NCBI GenBank assembly: GCA_013416795.1
Contig: RQSC01000635.1
Span: 1 to 57,376, forward strand
Reading direction: 5' to 3'
DNA length: 57,376 bases
Source of the DNA: Prasinococcaceae sp. CCMP 1430
Lineage: Eukaryota > Plantae > Prasinodermophyta
The translations under genes and the position numbers were made by a program. Below, piece by piece: positions 19,363 to 30,586 of the stretch (positions within the stretch are counted from its first letter, which is position 1; the number at the start of each line of letters is the position of its first letter). The notes under the pieces were generated by a model, which worked only from the letters and a program-made list of their open reading frames with translations, made no database searches and had not been told where the DNA came from.

Positions 19363-21493
19363 ATGGCGGCGCGGGTGGGCGGGCGCAGACGCGTGCGCGC
19401 GGCGGCGCGAGGGCTGATGTGCGCCGCAGTGAAAGCGCTCGTGATGAGTGAGGTGGCGCGCGCGAGGCTTCTCAAGCAGAGTCAGGGCGTTATGTACGAA
19501 TACATGACGCGCCCGTGGTCCTCCGGCGGTAAGAAGACCGCCGTGATCATCTACGCAACGAACAACCTCCAGAGGAATGTGCAGGTGACAATTGAACGCG
19601 TCACTTGTTGTCTTGACTTGGACGTCTTCTCCGCGGAAGGCAGCGGCTGCGACGCTATCGATGCCAACATTCCGTCGCAGACAAAGAACGTCGACATCAG
19701 TGACGCGTCCGTGTGGCAGTTCGTTGTCCGAAGCCAAGTGCCTTTCACCGGCTCCACCTTCTGTGACTTCACAGCTCGCACGAGCACCGGCAAATTGGAC
19801 ATGATCACCGTGAAGATGAGCGACATCAACAACAGGCTTGCACCTCTGCCAGACGACCTCTTGCCCCTACCGCCGCAGTCTCCACCTCCGCCGCCGCCAC
19901 CGCCTCCGCGTGCATCATCGCCCCCGCCGCCGCCGTCGCAGTCGCCGTGCTCGAATCCCGACGAAGCGCTCAGCTCGCAGGGCATCTGCACCGGCTCGGA
20001 CGCCAACTGCGTGGGACTTTACGGACAGGCGAAGGTACCAGCGCGGCCACCCGCGCACCCACAGGCGCGCACGTGTCGCCTCCGCCTCGCCCTCTGCGCT
20101 GATCATACTGCGCGCAGCCCATCTTCAACTTCATTTCGCGGCACTGCGAGGGCGATGGGACGCTCGCGCCACCGCCGTCTACCTCGCCCGCCTCCGGTGA
20201 CGAGTGCGGACCGCACGGCGAGCTTGCGCGCGCGGCCGCCGGCGACGCTGGTACCACGTACGATGAGTGCGTGTGCGAGCCGGGATGGACGACCCCGCAC
20301 GAAGGCGGCGACATATTCGAGCGCATTCCGTGCTCGAAGCAGCTCAACCCGCCACCGCCCCCTCCGGCAGGACAGGACAGTTTCTGGTGCGAGCGCGAAC
20401 ATTGGAGCCGACATGGCGCGAGCATGCATGCGCGCTCGCGCTTTGTCGCAGCACGCTGATGCACCTCTGCGCTCGCGCTCGCTCGCATAACGACGTCTGT
20501 GCCCCCATAGGAAACTGACAGACAACGATCCTACGTCCATTCTGGTGCTGATAACCACGGGCTTGCTGCTGCTGTGCGTGTTTTACCAGTGCGCGAAGGT
20601 GTACCGCTGCCTGGTGGTGTCCGGCTGCATTGGCAATGGCAAGCGTGAAGAGCGGCGAGAGCGGCGGTCAGAGCGCAGGGTGCGTGCGTGCTTGCACGCG
20701 CAGAATCGTGGCAGGCGTGTGTGCTCCCATCAGCCTCTTAGACCTCGTTGGCACTCGCTGACGTATTCTTCTTTTCATCTGCGCGCACGCACACGAAATG
20801 CACCTCGCCCCGTCCCACCCGCCACGGTGCGCTCAGACCTCCACAGCTCTGACGCCCGCACAAGTCCGCATGATTAATGAGCTGGAGGCTGCCGCGGCCG
20901 CTGCGCGCCCGCCCGCGCAGGCGGCCATCGAGCAGCCTGAGTGGCTGCGACACCCGACCACAGCCGTGCGCACGTCCGACCGGGCGGGCGACCGCACTTC
21001 TGGGAAGTCTGTCGCCGTTGGCATGGTCGCTCATGCCGAGCCAGCTGCCAAGGCCGCCGTCCGAGAAGGTGCCAAGGGGGAGTCGCGCACGCGATGGCGA
21101 GACAGCTATCCATCGCCGTCGGCGCTCGGGCCAGGGAGCTCGTATGCAGGTGCGACCGGGCGCGTCAGCGAGCCCGGCAGTGAGTCCTCGCACGCATCTC
21201 GCGGCTCCTTTCCCGGCCAGTTTATGCTCGGCTGGCTCGTGCGGCGCAGCAGCAACGGCAGCGCGAGGAGCTGGGGCTCTGCGCGCCAGAGCGGCGGCGC
21301 AGCACTCGAGGTGCACGCCAACCACGCCGCCGACGGAGCCACGGCGAGGTGGCCTACGCAGACTGCACCCTCGCCTGCGGTTTCGACGTCGCCGCTGCCG
21401 CCGCACCTTGTCCAGCCCACAGGCGTCTTCGCCGAGGAGCTCCAGGCACGCTTGACGGTGATGAACAGGCAGCGAGACTTGTCACGCCTCTAG
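19363..21493 (+). CDS. Type I membrane protein: signal-like N-terminus, Cys-containing ectodomain, Pro-rich linker, EGF-like module, TM, disordered tail
   Basis: Exons 19363-20034, 20118-20386, 20511-20679, 20837-21493, all phase-consistent GT-AG. ECGPHG..ECVCEPGW EGF-like; TM ILVLITTGLLLLCVFY. Confidence 0.65.
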
Positions 21494-21893
21494 CTGAGTA
21501 AGCACACGCGCACACGTACACACCAGTGCAACTCGTACTGCCTTGAATTAGTCGTGCGTGGTTACCGGGTCATCGCATGCACCCCTAAAAGCGCATGCGT
21601 GAGCTACAGGCACGAGCATGTGCGCGCCATGCGACAAATCTAACGCCTAGCATGGAGCGCGTGGCGCGGCGCGCGACTGAGAGATGAAGCGAGCGGTGTG
21701 TGCTGTGGGGGCGATCGCGCACGACTCGGCGCGAGCGCCGGCCTCTGCCAGCCCTCCCCATCCTCACCCGTGCACCTCCACCGGCTGTTTCCGCAGTGTT
21801 TGTCTCTCGTTTTCGGCGCGCGCGCGGCCCTTGTGGGCCTGCGCCACCCGGCGGCGCGCCCGGCACGTTCACCTCGCCCTGCGGGGGCGCGGC

Positions 21894-22310
21894 TCACTCT
21901 GCCTTGGCCTGGAACGAGGGCATCAGGGCGAAGTAGTCGCCGAGCACCGCGCTGGTAAAGTAGAGGTTTGGCGCCGCGCCGCACGCCTCGGTGTGCTTGG
22001 CGAGCGCGTCGCCGGCGACCTCGGCGCACGGCGCGGACATGCCGAGCACGCCGAGCAGCCCGCCCTTGGAGCACGTGATGCCCTCCTCGCCGCACGCGCT
22101 GCCGTCCACCGCGTTGAGGTAGGTGACCTTGCGCCACGCGCTCGCGCGCGCGGCCGCGCACGCGTCGCTGCACTCGCCGGCCGCGCACGCCACGCCGAGC
22201 GCGCCCCCCGCCGCGGCGGCGCGGTCCTCGCACGACGAGTGTACGCGGATGTCGGCCGCCCCGACGAAAATCGCCACCGCCACCACCACCAGCCAGTGCG
22301 CGAGCCCCAT
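21894..22310 (-). CDS. Small secreted cysteine-rich protein (138 aa, 8 Cys)
   Basis: MGLAHWLVVVAVAIFVGAA signal peptide followed by eight Cys; codon usage like neighbouring genes. Confidence 0.7.
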   Translation of the reverse strand: MGLAHWLVVVAVAIFVGAADIRVHSSCEDRAAAAGGALGVACAAGECSDACAAARASAWRKVTYLNAVDGSACGEEGITCSKGGLLGVLGMSAPCAEVAGDALAKHTEACGAAPNLYFTSAVLGDYFALMPSFQAKAE

Positions 22311-22669
22311 GGCGTTGACGCGCGCCGCACCCCGCAACGCCAGAACCGCGCGCCGCGCCGCCCGTGCCCCGCACGCACTGTGACGCCCCCTCCCCACCCC
22401 CCTCCCACCCCGCCACCCCCTCCCCTCCGGGCGGTGCGCCTGCGCCGTCGCCTTTTTTTGTCGCCTTTTTCCCCCGCCGGTTTTTTTTTTTTTTTTCGTC
22501 CCGGTCCCGCCGCGCGAGGCTCCTCCCGAAGCCCTCCCATCAACCTCCACCACCGCCAACACACACAAAAACAATTACACGTGAAAAGGAAGGCTCCGAA
22601 TCGCAGGAGCCCCGCGCGAAAAAAAAAAAGCGACATCGCGCCCTGCTCGTGCGTTTTCCGTTTCGTTTT

Positions 22670-22860
22670 GATTGCGATTGCGATTGTGATTGTGATTGTG
22701 ATTGTGATTGTGATTGTGATTGTGATTTTGATTGTGATTTTGATTTTTGATTTTGATTTTTTCCTTGGTTGGAGGGGCGCGTCCATTTTCATTTTGATTT
22801 TGATTGTGATTTTTTATTTTTTATTTTTATTTTTATTTGATTTTATTTTGATTTGATTTT
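22670..22860. repeat. Degenerate (GATTGT)n hexamer array decaying to GATTTT/TATTTT
   Basis: Tandem GATTGC/GATTGT units then T-richer variants, in the divergent intergenic region before RPA1. Confidence 0.9.
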
Positions 22861-23257
22861 CCACGGTTTGATGGCGGGCGCGCGCGAATTTCGCGCGAAA
22901 CCGACCCGGCCGACACCGAAACAAACCGTTTGTCGGTCGGGGCCGCGTTCGATTCCCGCCCGCCGGCGCCGGCGGATTCCGTTTCCCGGGTCCGTCCCGG
23001 GGCGCGCGCGCGCGGGATTCATGGAGGCACCTGTCAGAGGCCCAGCAAAGAACGCCTCCAGAACGCACGCCGCGCCCGCGCGCGCGTTTTCGCGACGCGT
23101 TTCGCGCCGCCGCCGCCGCGCGGCGTGTGTGCGAAGGGGGGTGGGGGGGGGATTGGGGGGGGCATGCAGGTGTGTGTGTGTGTATGAGGGGGATGGCACA
23201 GCGCGCGCGCCCCGCGCCAGGCTCCCTCCCCCCCCCTTCCGCCCCGCGCGAGCGAGC

Positions 23258-25042
23258 ATGGCGACCCCGGGCGCGATCGCCGCCATCCAGGCGGGCTCCA
23301 CCGACGAGGCCACGCTGCAGTACAAGCAGCTCAACGGGGTGGTCTCCGGCCGCACCAAGGTCGTGCTCACCGACGGCGCCGCCGACGTCAACTCGATGTT
23401 CCCGCAGCAGCACGAGGCGCAGATCGGCGCGTGCGCGGCGGGAGACCTGCTCAGGCTGACCAACTTCAGCTCGCAGGCGCTGCCGAACGGCACCTCGGTG
23501 CTCATCGTGCACGACTTCGCCAAGGTGGCCAAGGCTGAGCTCGCGGCCGAGCCCACCGAGGTGGCCACGCCGGCGCCCGCCGCGCGCCCGGCCGAGGTCG
23601 TCGCCGCGGGCGAGCCCGCCGCCAAGCGCGCCAAGCTGGAGGGCTCGCCCTCGGGCCAGGGACTGCCGTCGCCGCTGCTGTCGAGCGGCGCGCTCCTCAA
23701 CAAGCGTGTGATGCCCATCATGTCGGTGAACCCGTACAACAGCTGGACCATCAAGGGCCGCCTCTCGGCCAAGAGCGACGTGCGCATGATTCGCGGCGGG
23801 CCCAAGCGCCTCTTCGACTGCGAGGTGACCGACGCCGATGGCGTGAACATCCGCATCACCTTTTGGGACGAGCTCGCGGACAAGTACCACGCCGCGCTGC
23901 AGGAGGACCGCGTGTACGTCATCTCAGGGGGCAACATGAGGCAGGCCAACAAGCAGTACAACAACACGCGCGCGCCGTACGAGATCACCGCGTCGGCGGG
24001 CACCAAGATCGTCGAGGACACCGATGCGGCTGCTGACGCCAACTTTGGCCAGCTGAAGCTCGAGTTCGTTGGCCTCGAGAAGCTGCCGGCCCACGTGGGC
24101 AAGAAGTCGACCGTCGACATCCTCTTCGTCGTCAAGGAGGCGTACGAGCTCAGCAGCGTCACCCGCAAGGCCGACGGCGCCGCCCTCTCCAAGCGCGACC
24201 TGCTTGTGATGGACGAGTCGGCCAAGACAGTTCGCCTGACGCTTTGGGGTAAGATGGCCACCGAGACGGCGGTCGAGACCGGCGACGTGTGCGAGCTGTC
24301 GCGCGTCAAGGTGGGCGACTGGGGTGGCGTTTCGCTCAGCTCGGTGGGCGCCTCCAAGATCACCGTCAACCCCACCAACGACAAGGCCAACGAGCTCAAG
24401 GCGTGGTACGAGTCCACCGGCCGCGATGCGTCGGTCGAGTCGCTCGGCGCCGGCCTCGAGGGCGCCGCCGCCGGCGGCGCGCGCCAGGACAAGTCCGTCT
24501 CATGCGGTGAGCTCGAGGAGCTGGGCGGCAACCCTGACAAGCCCGACTGGGTGGTGTGCCGTGGCGTGGTCATGAAGATCGGCAACGAAAAGGCAATCGA
24601 GAACGGGCCGTGGTACACGGCCTGCCCGGAGGCAGGCATCCAGTCCAAGGTGACTGAGGACGGTTCGGGGCGCTGGTTCTGCGAGAAGAATGGCAAGCAC
24701 TACGACACCTGCGAGCGCCGCTTCATCATCTCCGTGCGGATGATGGACGCCACCGGCAACGCATGGGTGCAGTGCTACAACGACGAGGCAGTGCAGCTCA
24801 TCGGCACGACTGCCGACGAGCTCCACAGCCTCAAGGAGACGGACGATGAGAAATACAAGAGCATGCTCAAGGCCAACAGCTTCTCGCTCGTACAGATGAA
24901 GATGATGGTCAAGGACGACGTCTACAACGGCGAGACGCGCAAGCGCATCTCGTGCAAGCGCCTGCAGCCGCTGGACTACGCCTCCGAGGCGCGCCGCCTG
25001 CTGGACTCCATCAAGGCCATGAAGGGCGGCGAGGTCAAGTAA
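23258..25042 (+). CDS. RPA1: Replication protein A 70 kDa subunit
   Basis: RPA70N, then MPIMSVNPYNSWTIKGR, IRITFWDE, QANKQY, KRDLLVMDES..VRLTLWG, KVGDWGGVSLS, WYTACP, RFIISVRMMDATGNAW; intronless. Confidence 0.94.
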   Translation: MATPGAIAAIQAGSTDEATLQYKQLNGVVSGRTKVVLTDGAADVNSMFPQQHEAQIGACAAGDLLRLTNFSSQALPNGTSVLIVHDFAKVAKAELAAEPTEVATPAPAARPAEVVAAGEPAAKRAKLEGSPSGQGLPSPLLSSGALLNKRVMPIMSVNPYNSWTIKGRLSAKSDVRMIRGGPKRLFDCEVTDADGVNIRITFWDELADKYHAALQEDRVYVISGGNMRQANKQYNNTRAPYEITASAGTKIVEDTDAAADANFGQLKLEFVGLEKLPAHVGKKSTVDILFVVKEAYELSSVTRKADGAALSKRDLLVMDESAKTVRLTLWGKMATETAVETGDVCELSRVKVGDWGGVSLSSVGASKITVNPTNDKANELKAWYESTGRDASVESLGAGLEGAAAGGARQDKSVSCGELEELGGNPDKPDWVVCRGVVMKIGNEKAIENGPWYTACPEAGIQSKVTEDGSGRWFCEKNGKHYDTCERRFIISVRMMDATGNAWVQCYNDEAVQLIGTTADELHSLKETDDEKYKSMLKANSFSLVQMKMMVKDDVYNGETRKRISCKRLQPLDYASEARRLLDSIKAMKGGEVK

Positions 25043-25757
25043 GGCGTGGACGCGGATGCACGTGGAACCCGTACACATGCACGCACGAAATGTGCCATCG
25101 CAGCAGCAACGGATGCCCCCAAATACTCACAGCGGCCCCCACCGGCGCCAGCCAGGCGCACCACCGGGGCTTGACTGGCGGAGCGTGGCCTCGCTCCGCC
25201 GCACGCGCGCTCGCCGTGCAGGCAGCGGCGATATCGCCGCCGCTGCGCCGCGCACGTGGCTCGCACCCGTCGGTGATAATGAAACGTAACGCTCATTGTC
25301 TCTCTGTACCCCGCTTGGTGGGGTATGCCGCGTTGTGCGCTGCTGCGCGCAGTGCCGGTTGCGATGAGTGCGTGCGGGCAACCGGCGCACTGGTGGCCTC
25401 GTCAGTCGCCGGCCGGCCGCGGCCTCTTCCGCGCCCTCGACCCCCTCGATGCCGCGCGCCCGCTCCCGATCGACAGGCCCATGGAGCAGCCCGCGTCCCG
25501 CTACAGTGCGCCGCAGCGGCGCGCCGGCAGCGGGCACGCCTGGCTGGATCCGCAGCTTGGTCCGGCCCCCCAGGGCGGAGCGCAGTCATTCATTTTGACC
25601 TGAGCCCGTTCCCCGGGAGGAACGCGCACTTTCGGGCGCGCCAGCGGGGCGCGCGGGCCACAGCGCGCGTGCTGCGTGCCCACCCCCACCACCCCGCCCA
25701 TTCCCTTGCGCGGTGCGCCCGTCCGCCTCGCGGCCCTGGCGGACGCCAGCGCCAGCG

Positions 25758-27782
25758 ATGGACGACGCCAACCCCTTCGCGGCGCCCGCGCCCGCGGCAG
25801 CAGCGCCTCTGCCGCCGCCGCGGGCAGCCGCGTCGCCCGCCGACGTGATGCGCAAGTGGTTCCGCGTCGCCGACGCCGACCGCGATGGGCGCATCAACAG
25901 CCACGAGGCGCCCGCTTTCTTCGCGCGCTCGGGCCTGCCGCGCGAGGAGATGGCGCGCGTGTGGATGCTCTCGGATCCGGGCAGGCAGGGCTTCCTCGGA
26001 CCTGCCGAGTTCGTCGCCGCGCTCAAGTACATCTACCTGGCGCAGCAGGGGCGCGAGGTGAGCTTGCCGCAGCAGTCGCTGCGAGTGCGCGCGGCGGTAG
26101 CTGTGCCTCCGCTCGCGCGCTGCGCCGTAGAGCAAGGGGCACAGCCGCGCAATTTGGGCGCCGGGCCGTTGCCGAGGACGCGCCCAGAGCTGACGCCCGC
26201 GCCCCGCGCCTTTCCCACGCGCCATTTGTGACCTCCGGCGGACAACTCTGCCCGCTCACCTCGACGATCTCGGACGCGCCTTGCGCAGCTGTCGGTCGAC
26301 AGCCTGCGCGCCGCTGAGCAGAGCGGCTCGCTCGAGCTCCCCGTCCTTGAGGGGCTCGACTCTTCCACCGGCGAGACACTTGATGGCGCGGCAGCCGGCC
26401 GGCCGCCGCCAACGGCGGGGGCGATTCCCCAGAGGCGTGGCAAGAAGGGGCATCTCTCCGCGCGCGAGTGCTACGGGTCAGTTGTGGAGGGGCTCAAGCA
26501 CCTGTATCGCACCAAGGTGAGACCCGTGGAGGAGATGTACAAATTCGCCGAGTTTTGCTCGCAGCCGCTGCAGGATGGAGACTTCGATGCCAAGCCCACC
26601 GTGTTGCTGCTCGGCCAGTACAGTGTGGGCAAGTCGACATTCATTCAGCACCTGCTCGGTCGGCAATACCCTGGCTGCCACATCGGCCCCGAGCCGACGA
26701 CTGACCGATTCTTTGCGGTGTATGACGGCCCCGAGGAGCGCACAACGCCGGGCAACACACTGTGCGTGCAGACGTCCAAGCCGTTCACGGGACTGACGGC
26801 ATTCGGGACGAACTTCATGAGCAGGCTGGAGGGCTCCGAGCTGCCAGCTGAGTTGCTCAAGTCGATCACCATCATCGACACGCCCGGTGTGCTCAGCGGT
26901 GAGAAGCAGCGTGTCGACCGTGGGTACGACTTTGTGCGCGTGTGCCAGTGGTTTGCGAGTCGCGCCGACCTCATCCTGCTGCTCTTCGACCCACACAAGC
27001 TGGACATCTCGGATGAGTTCAAGCGCGTGATCATATCGCTCAAGGGCAACGACGACAAAGTGCGCGTGGTGCTCAACAAGGCGGACCAGGTGGGCGAGCA
27101 GCAGCTCATGCGCGTGTACGGCGCGCTCATGTGGAGTCTCGGCAAGTGCTTAGGCACGCCCGAGGTGGCACGTGTGTACATCGGCTCGTTCTCGGCCGAC
27201 GGCTCAATGCGAGAGAACGGCAACGAGCACCTCTTCAAGATGGAGCAGCAGGACCTGCTCAATGACCTCAAGGATATCCCGCGCCGCTCGATCGACCGCA
27301 AGGTGAACGAATTCGTCAAGCGCGTACGCTCAGCAAAAATCCATGCGCACATCGTCGCGCACCTGCGCTCGCGGATGCCGTCGATGTTCGGGAAGGACAA
27401 AAAGCAGCAGAAGATGCTGGACAACCTGCACGAGGAGTTCAACGCCGTGCACAAGGCTACCCATCTGCCCGTTGGCGACTTTCCCAATCTAGACCGCTTC
27501 CGTGAGACGCTCTCGACGTATGATTGCTCCAAGGTGCGGACGTGCCACTGCGGCAATTGCAGCGCCCACCTTTGCTCCTGGCGCGAACCGGGCAAATGCG
27601 GCCCGTGTGCGACAGGTGGTGTGCTAACTTTCCCCTCCCATGCGCCTGTGCCCTCTCTCATGGCTCACCCTGCTCCGCTGCAGTTCAAGAAGCTCGATCC
27701 TAAACTCATGTCCAAGATCGACGAGGTGCTCGAGAAGGACATCCCGGCGCTGCTCGAGGAGTTCAGGAATCCTTACCAATAG
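25758..27782 (+). CDS. EHD1: EH-domain-containing protein, plant-type EHD (N-terminal EH, dynamin-like ATPase)
   Basis: Exons 25758-26057, 26289-27533, 27684-27782. EH (WFRVADADRDGRI...WMLSD); P-loop GQYSVGKST; IGPEPTTDRF; IIDTPGVLSGEKQR; VVLNKADQ. Confidence 0.95.
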
Positions 27783-28100
27783 TCACATGCGACACATGCG
27801 CACGCGTGCAGCGCGATTGGCGCGCGCGACGGCAACGCAAGGCACCGCCCGCGGCGCAGCAGACCGTATTTTTTGGGCGGTTGGGCAGTGTTAGATCGTA
27901 CTGTGGACTCCCGAGTCTTACACCGCCACGCGGAAATCCGCGCCACTGCAGAGCCGCACGCGTGCGCGCCAGTGCGCACGCCCCACACGAGCGCGGGGCG
28001 CTGGCTTGCGCCTACGATGCACAGCATGATTGCGTGGCAGCGCACGCCCTGGCAGCAATGGCCTCCAGTGCGTCCACCGGGGTCCACGCCCGCTCGCACG

Positions 28101-29119
28101 CTATTGTATCCGCAACCATCCATCGCCGATCTCCTCGCGCGTGAGCGTGCGGCCGCCCGAGTCGAACGCCTGCGGCAGTGCTCGTGCCCACGCGCCAAAG
28201 TCCAATGGCGAGTCCTCTGGCGCAGCCACAACGATGACCTGCAAGCGCGCGGATTCCGGCAAGTCGGGAAAGTCAGCTCTCGCGCTCGCCACAGGAGGCG
28301 CGGGGTTTCGCTCCGCGTGCGCGCCTGCGCACGCACATTGGCGCTCACGCAGTCGGCCACCAGGCCCAGGTCCTTGGCGTACAACGCATAGCCCGCGGGC
28401 ACGCCCCGCGCGACCGCCCGCATCGCGCGCGCGTGGAACTTGTCACGCTCGTCCGAAAGGTTGGCCACCATCACGCCGCTCCCCGGCACCAGCCGCGCGG
28501 ACATCGCCCGCCACGCGCCCTCCTCGGCCAGCTGCGGCAGCAGCGCGCTGTCGGCAAAGAGGTCCACGCACACCACGTCCAGCGCGCCCACCTCAGTGCT
28601 CTGGGGTTCTTCCAGCGCATCGCCGACCACGGTGGTGAGGCACCCCTCGTCTGCGAGCTCCCCGAGCCCCATGTGCAGCAGTGCAGCCTCGACGACGACC
28701 TCGTCGAGCTCCCATCCAACCACCTCAACAGCGGCGTGTCGCTCGCGCGCGGCCTCCAGCGCGACGTGCGCGCACGTGCCCCCAGCGAGGCCCATCACGC
28801 CAACGCGCACGGGCGCCGCCGCGCGCGGCGGCACGAGCGACGCAGCGGCGCCGATCACGTCCCAGTAGCTGTCGGTGAGCGCCGCGTCGAGGCGACCGCT
28901 GCTGCCCTTGCTGTCGCCGCCGCCTTCGCTGCCGCCGCTCGCGCTGGCATCTGCATCCGCTGGGAAGTGCACGCTGTGGATGTTCGATGAGTCATCCAGC
29001 ATGAGCGCGCGCGCACCACCGAGCGGCGGGCCGAACGACCGCGGGATCTCGATGACGCGCACGCCGCTGTCGTGGCGGTACAGCTGGCGCACGCCGCCCC
29101 CGCCGCCGCCGGCCCGCTC
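28101..29119 (-). CDS. Spermidine-synthase-like SAM-dependent methyltransferase (plant/algal family); 5' exon not identified
   Basis: Exons <29119-28337 and 28238-28101. LDDSSNIHSV, DSYWDV, GVMGLAGGT, GWELDEVV, VGDAL, VDLFAD, VMVANL. Confidence 0.8.
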
Positions 29120-29332
29120 CTAACCGCTTTTTGTACTGTACGTCAAAACACACGCTAAAACTGGGTTCGCGACTACCCAGGTGGTGTGATATAGGGTAAG
29201 AAAGAAAGAAGATTGTTTCATATGTGTACAGGGTCTACAAACATGCAAAAAGCTCCTTGCAGCATCGGAAGTGCTGCGGAGAGCCGAGCTGAGGGCTTCG
29301 AAGTGGAGCGAATGCGATGGCGGCAGTGGCGA

Positions 29333-29648
<316 letters not shown>

Positions 29649-30586
29649 CTTTCCTCCGCCAACGGCGCGCGCTCGACCGCAAAGGCACAGCCCTTCGACG
29701 TTCTCAGCGCCGCCGCCGCGGCGTTGGAAGCCCTCGCGGCCTCGGCACGGCCACACGTTGCGGGGCCGCCGCCCGCGCCACAACCCAAACCTCCCACACT
29801 CCGACGCGACGTCGAAATGCAACGCGCGCGTCGGGGTCGGATACCCTGATTCCGTCGAACCTTAAGTGTTCGAGCCGCCGCCGGCCACCCGCCCCGCGCT
29901 CCGATGGGCCGCGCGCGATCGAAAGCGCGGGCGGGAAAAAAAAAAAAAAAACGCCCGGCCCGCGTCTTTTTTTGCCGCGCGTGCGCACGCAACGCTTTCG
30001 TTTCGTTTCTACGCGCCGCGTTTTTGGCGGGGGCGGGTGGGTGGGAGGAGGGCGCGTTTCGTTGCGCGAGACGGCGCAGGGGGGCGTTCTTGCGGATTCG
30101 ATTTCGTCGGCGTTTCGCGGCGGATTCCGTGTTTTAAATATGAAACGAAAATGAATATTTAAAAAAAAAAAATCGGGGCGCGGCCGCGCGCGCGCTGCCG
30201 GCCGCGGTTGACATCGACGCCGCCCTCCCACGCTGCGTAGGTGCCCGGCCTCGACGGCCCCTCCCTTCCGCCGGCCCCTCGTCTGACGCCGCGGGGTGCT
30301 GGCCTCCCCCCCTTGTCCTGGCCGGGGCGGGGACGCGCGGTCGCGACGAGCGGTCACCTTACGGCCCCGCGCGCGCGCCGCGCTGGGGGCGAGGCCACAG
30401 TGCGCGCACCGCGCACCCCGCGCCGCTCCCGCCGCCGGGCTGTCCCGCAGGCAACTTGTGCTTGCCCGAGGCAGCGCGCTGGGTGCATCGTCGCTGCAGC
30501 CGCTGCAGCGACAGTCTGGCAGTGGCCTCGCTGGCCTGCGACACATTGCTGTTGGCGGGGGCAGCGGGCACCTAACAAAGTTTACC

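Noticed and set aside
19363-21493. Possible HAP2/GCS1 gamete fusogen
   Set aside because: The ectodomain is far too short and lacks the HAP2 domain I/II cysteine pattern; only the TM plus Cys-rich tail is superficially similar.
22670-22860. GATTGT array as a CRISPR or telomeric array
   Set aside because: Head-to-tail hexamers with no spacers and no cas genes; the unit is not a telomere repeat.
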